Source of the DNA: Armatimonadota bacterium
GTDB lineage: Bacteria; Armatimonadota; UBA10988
Length of the DNA stretch: 19,766 nt
Assembly (NCBI GenBank): GCA_016235455.1
Contig: JACRKZ010000001.1
Location: 1 to 19,766, forward strand
Direction: 5' to 3'
A program made the position numbers and the translations under genes. The notes beneath the pieces were generated by a model. That model made no database searches and was not told the origin of the DNA. It saw only the letters and a list, made by a program, of their open reading frames with translations. Every line of letters begins with the position of its first letter. Position 1 is the first letter of the stretch. Of the stretch, positions 17,562 to 19,766 are shown piece by piece.

Positions 17562-17738
17562 ATGACCGGCCCCAGCCGATGCCGTCGCCTGCGGCAGATC
17601 CTCGCGGCACTCCTGGCCGCCATCGCCGCCGACCTGGCGGCAGCTTATCAAGCGCACAACGGTTCGAGCAACACCGGCAGCCGGCCGGGCAGGACGCGCA
17701 GGTCGTCCTGGCTGGCAGCCAGACGCAACTACCGCTGA
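17562..17738 (+). CDS. Possible small protein (58 aa)
   Basis: GGAGG lies 6 nt before ATG 17562. The product is MTGPSRCRRLRQILAALLAAIAADLAAAYQAHNG...WLAARRNYR and it ends 27 nt before the next start. No recognisable family. Confidence 0.5.
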   Translation: MTGPSRCRRLRQILAALLAAIAADLAAAYQAHNGSSNTGSRPGRTRRSSWLAARRNYR

Positions 17739-17765
17739 ACCACGAATCCGCAACGGAGGAGAATC

Positions 17766-18659
17766 ATGGTAGGTCAAGACAGATACCGACGCGCGCGTCT
17801 GGTGTTGCTCGCTCTGGTCACGGCGGCCTCGGTGGCCATCGCCGGCAAGGGCGGTGAGGGCAACGACAAGGGCGGCGGCAAACCGTCGGGCCAGTCGGAA
17901 CGTCGCGGCAACAGCGGCGGTGCCAAGCCCGGCAAGCCGCAGGGCCAATCCGAGAGTCGCGGCAACAGCGGCGGTGCCAAGCCCGGCAAGCCGCAAGGTC
18001 AGTCCGAGGGTCGCGGCAACAGCGGCGGTGCCAAGCCCGGCAAGCCGCAAGGTCAGTCCGAGGGTCGTGGCAACGGCAACGGTGCCAAGCCCGGCAAGCC
18101 AGACGGCCACGCCGAGGGCCGCGACTACGGCGACAAGCGGCGCAAGCCTGTGACCGGCTCGTTCGCGCCGCCGCGCGGCGGGTATACGGCCTGGCGCGTC
18201 CGCACCGAAGCCGTTCGCCCGCGTCCGGTGTTCGTCGAGCGCGTGGTGGTACTGGACCAGCGTGGCTGGGGCTCCGGCTGGCACTATGGCTGGCGCAACA
18301 AGCCGGCCAAGCAGGTGGTCATCAGCACGCCGCACTACGTCTGGCGTGAGGCCATGTACGTGCCCGTGCAGCGACCATTCACCCAGATGGGCTGTCAGGT
18401 CAGATCGTGGGGCGGCAACACGGGCGCAGTCGTGGCGCACGAGGATCGCGAACTGATCGTCGTCCGCGACTCACCCGAGGTCATTGTGGTCGAGCGCGGC
18501 ATCGCCTACCCCGTCTACTGGGAAGAGCCGCCGGTCGTCTACGAGCGTGAGATCTACGTGCCTGTCCGGCCAGCGGCGGTGAGCCTCGGGCTTGGCGTGG
18601 CGGGCACCGGCCCCGGGCTTACGGTCGGCGGCGGGTATTCCTTCTCGTCGACGTGGTAG
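17766..18659 (+). CDS. Secreted hypothetical protein with Gly/Lys/Pro tandem repeats and a Val/aromatic-rich C-terminal half
   Basis: Strong GGAGGAG RBS, signal RYRRARLVLLALVTAASVAIA|G, 18-aa repeats, and C-terminus ...VGGGYSFSSTW. Confidence 0.75.
   Translation: MVGQDRYRRARLVLLALVTAASVAIAGKGGEGNDKGGGKPSGQSERRGNSGGAKPGKPQGQSESRGNSGGAKPGKPQGQSEGRGNSGGAKPGKPQGQSEGRGNGNGAKPGKPDGHAEGRDYGDKRRKPVTGSFAPPRGGYTAWRVRTEAVRPRPVFVERVVVLDQRGWGSGWHYGWRNKPAKQVVISTPHYVWREAMYVPVQRPFTQMGCQVRSWGGNTGAVVAHEDRELIVVRDSPEVIVVERGIAYPVYWEEPPVVYEREIYVPVRPAAVSLGLGVAGTGPGLTVGGGYSFSSTW
17907..18122 (+). repeat. Intragenic 54-bp tandem repeat, 4 copies plus a partial copy upstream
   Basis: Units start at 17907, 17961, 18015 and 18069 and encode GNSGGAKPGKPQGQSE[S/G]R. 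The fourth is diverged (GNGNGAKPGKPDGHAEGR). Confidence 0.95.
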
Positions 18660-18679
18660 CTGCCAACAGGGAGACTGAC

Positions 18680-19570
18680 ATGGTCGGTTCAACATCCAAC
18701 TCACGCACCCCGCGCCGATGGCTCGTCGCCACGTCCCTGGCCCTGATGACCGCTGGCTGCGGGCGTCAAGAGCCGGCCAAACCGCCAGCCAAGCCCGTTC
18801 CGCCGGTCGCGGCGACCCCGGCGGCGGCCGATGCGCCAGACGCCGTGGCCAAGAAGCTCCTGGTCGCGTATCTCGGCACGGTGGAGGTGACGGTGGCGCC
18901 GGCGGACGTGTTGCCGGTCAGCGGCGAGTCACGGCCACAGAAGGCGCTGACCTGTACCTGGCCGGCCACCGAGCAACCGGCGGGCAGCGCCACGGTGCAG
19001 GTTGATGAGGGGCGCGGCTACGTGTCGCTGGCCATCCTGCGCTGGCCCCAGGCCGAGGGCGCCAAGGTGAGCGAGGAGCAACTGAGCAGCATCGGCCTGG
19101 ACCTGCTGCGCAAGTGGACCGGGCAGGAGATGCCCGACACCGACGTGACGGCGCAGGCGCTCAGCGACAAGTCCCGCGCCGCGTTCGTGTGGGACGCCCG
19201 TGCCGGTGAGCGTTACAGCGGCCAGCGCGCTCATGTCGTCCTGTCGCGCGCCAACGGGTTGCCCGTGAGCTTCGCTCAGTACCAACCGGCCGCCGAGGTG
19301 ATCGCGCCCAAGCTGACCAAGGAGCAGGCCGAGGCCGCCGCGATCAAGGCGCTCTCGCCCCTGCCCGAGGGGTTCAAGCAAACGGGCACCGAGGCGCGGC
19401 TGTATGAACACAGCCCGCTGGCCAAGGACGACGGTCCTGTGTGGGCGGTGGCCATCATCGGCGGCCAGGGCGACGAACCGCAGAAGGCGCAGGCCGGAGC
19501 AGTGATCGACGCGGTCAGCGGCGCCGTGTTGGCGCCCAAGCCCCGCGCGGAAGCAGCGCCTGAGACGTAG
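18680..19570 (+). CDS. Lipoprotein with PepSY/YcdB-like domains
   Basis: ATG 18680 follows AGGGAG. Lipobox-like LMTAG|C, Pro/Ala linker, and C-terminal KLTKEQAEAAA...PVWAV...AVIDAVSGAVL typical of PepSY-type domains. Confidence 0.75.
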   Translation: MVGSTSNSRTPRRWLVATSLALMTAGCGRQEPAKPPAKPVPPVAATPAAADAPDAVAKKLLVAYLGTVEVTVAPADVLPVSGESRPQKALTCTWPATEQPAGSATVQVDEGRGYVSLAILRWPQAEGAKVSEEQLSSIGLDLLRKWTGQEMPDTDVTAQALSDKSRAAFVWDARAGERYSGQRAHVVLSRANGLPVSFAQYQPAAEVIAPKLTKEQAEAAAIKALSPLPEGFKQTGTEARLYEHSPLAKDDGPVWAVAIIGGQGDEPQKAQAGAVIDAVSGAVLAPKPRAEAAPET

Positions 19571-19581
19571 GCAGAAGCCGA

Positions 19582-19624
19582 TAGCCCTGGAGCACAGCCG
19601 GGGGGCGGCTGTGCTCCAGGGCTA
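19582..19624. terminator. Perfect 19-bp hairpin between convergent genes (putative bidirectional terminator)
   Basis: TAGCCCTGGAGCACAGCCG-GGGGG-CGGCTGTGCTCCAGGGCTA lies between the stops at 19570 (+) and 19640 (-). There is no adjacent U-tract. Confidence 0.75.
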
Positions 19625-19639
19625 ACCGCACGCTTTGTG

Positions 19640-19765
19640 CTAGGCCGGCACCTCGGCCTGCTCATCGGTCTTGGGCGTGAACATGAACCGCGGCGTGCCT
19701 TCGGCGCTGTCGGGGTCGACGTCGGCCAGCAGTGTCACGCCGCCGCGGAAGCGACCCGACAGGAT
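19640..19765 (-). CDS. 3' end of a convergent gene, possibly a ClpC/ClpB-family ATPase
   Basis: Manual translation gives ...ILSGRFRGGVTLLADVDPDSAEGTPRFMFTPKTDEQAEVPA*, which resembles the IL.G.F..G..I.VD tail of the Clp D2-small domain. Only 41 codons are visible. Confidence 0.5.
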   Translation of the reverse strand: MLSGRFRGGVTLLADVDPDSAEGTPRFMFTPKTDEQAEVPA

Positions 19766-19766
19766 C

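Noticed and set aside
17907-18122. CRISPR-like periodicity
   Set aside because: The units are contiguous, in frame and lack unique spacers, so this is a coding tandem repeat.

Overview
High-GC (about 70%, estimated by eye) bacterial chromosomal window from a diderm organism (LptF/G permease, Tat, Sec and lipoprotein signals). The left arm, on the minus strand, holds a lone LptF/LptG-family permease and a B12-dependent class II ribonucleotide reductase (nrdJ) with a clear sigma70 promoter and two NrdR boxes 32 bp apart. These are followed by an unusual 488-aa multidomain protein (degenerate phage-type dNMP-kinase domain, coiled coil, 'DLPxGQVxW' domain, CxxH/CxxC Zn finger) and a SAM methyltransferase cut by the window edge and missed by the ORF track. 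The right arm, on the plus strand, holds two secreted helical LTxxQ-type paralogues and a glycan-processing run (GH36-like, clan GH-A hydrolase, Tat sulfatase, CBM-SGNH esterase, beta-helix protein) interrupted by two REP-like palindromic elements. It continues with a possible 58-aa small protein, a secreted protein with 54-bp tandem repeats, a PepSY-like lipoprotein, a perfect 19-bp hairpin, and the 3' end of a convergent, probably Clp-ATPase, gene. The best novelty candidate is the pseudo-dNMP-kinase fusion beside nrdJ. All family calls come from motif recognition by eye, not database searches.
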